The position numbers and the translations under genes are program-made. A DNA stretch of 32,000 nt from Mucisphaera calidilacus (GTDB lineage: Bacteria; Planctomycetota; Phycisphaerae; Phycisphaerales; Phycisphaeraceae): positions 1,890,001-1,922,000 of the forward strand of contig NZ_CP036280.1 in NCBI RefSeq assembly GCF_007748075.1. Reading direction: 5' to 3'. Each line of letters opens with the position of its first letter. Position 1 is the stretch's first letter. Shown here in pieces: positions 31,522 through 32,000 of this stretch. The notes beneath the pieces were generated by a model that had not been told where the DNA came from, did not search any database, and was given only the letters and a program-made list of their open reading frames with translations.

Positions 31522-32000
31522 TTAAACCGTCTCGACCGGGGGTTTGTCGGTCCTGGCGATGAGGATGTCCGGGGGTGCTTGGGTGAACTCGGCGAGGATG
31601 CGTTCGCGGTAGGCGGGGAGGTAGACGCGTTCGGTGTTGGTGTGGCCTGCGAGGATGAGACCGATGCCCTGTTCGACGGCGTCGAGGGCGTCGTGGTGGC
31701 GCATCTCGCCGGTGAAGAAGACGTCGATGGGTCCGGCGTGCTCGATGAGTGATCCGCCTGCGCCGGCGCAGAGGCCAATGGTTCGGATGCTTCCTTTACG
31801 GGCGGGCCTGTGTGCTTTGAGGAAGGGGATATTGAGTCCCTTTTTGAGGCGTTCGATCAGTCGTGCGAAGGTGGTGACGCGTTTGAGTTCGAGGATGCGG
31901 CCCTGTCCTGCGATGGATGGCGTGTCGGGCGGTTGTTCGAGGGGGATGATGTCGAAGGCGGGTTCTTCGTAGGGGTGGACGGATCGGAGGAGGCGTGCGG
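31522..32000 (-). CDS. NIF3-family dinuclear metal centre protein, C-terminal part; 5' end lies outside the window
   Basis: The minus-strand frame is open from the window edge to the stop at 31522. It reads ...HPYEEPAFDIIPLE...LCAGAGGSLIEHAGPIDVFFTGEMRHHDALDAVEQGIGLILAGHTNTERV, the NIF3/YbgI signature. Confidence 0.8.
   Translation of the reverse strand, partial: ARLLRSVHPYEEPAFDIIPLEQPPDTPSIAGQGRILELKRVTTFARLIERLKKGLNIPFLKAHRPARKGSIRTIGLCAGAGGSLIEHAGPIDVFFTGEMRHHDALDAVEQGIGLILAGHTNTERVYLPAYRERILAEFTQAPPDILIARTDKPPVETV

Overview
High-GC bacterial chromosomal window in three blocks. Block 1 (1-11179, all on +) holds the 3' end of a GspE/PilB-type secretion ATPase, a GspF/PilC platform protein, six prepilin-type genes and a 1188-aa GspK-like protein. 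This is a type II secretion / type IV filament module with unusually large pseudopilins, followed by an intrinsic terminator. Block 2 (11475-19164, mixed strands) holds a HIT hydrolase, hisB, hisC, a DegT-family aminotransferase, rsmG, rodA and mrdA (PBP2). Block 3 (19288-32000, all on -) holds an orphan ATP-synthase-epsilon-like gene, a PEP-CTERM secreted protein, a low-GC islet of about 2 kb, a GH51-like glycoside hydrolase, an NMO/FabK-family flavoprotein, uvrA, a TylF-family methyltransferase, rpsR, a higBA toxin-antitoxin pair and the 3' part of a NIF3-family gene. The islet carries two lipoprotein-like genes (one split at a G11 tract) and a decayed YD/RHS-like fragment, and is bracketed by imperfect direct repeats. 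uvrA carries a perfect 5 x 9-bp in-frame repeat. The strongest sequence-level signals are these: (a) an extreme sense-strand C>>G third-position bias in blocks 1 and 3 that switches inside intact ORFs to ordinary G/C-ending codon usage across about 11.6-18.4 kb; (b) a compositionally distinct insert inside the giant GspK-like gene; (c) a helically phased T-tract/CGTTTTSG array upstream of the epsilon-like-mrdA-rodA-rsmG gene string; (d) the repeat-bracketed low-GC islet with a homopolymer-split lipoprotein gene. I saw no rRNA, tRNA, CRISPR, transposase or integrase genes. Taxon guess (inference only): a PVC-group organism (Planctomycetota/Phycisphaerae-like or Verrucomicrobiota-like), based on the many IELLVV-type prepilin N-termini plus a PEP-CTERM protein. 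Most long ORFs in the six-frame track are alternate-frame or antisense shadows caused by the compositional bias.
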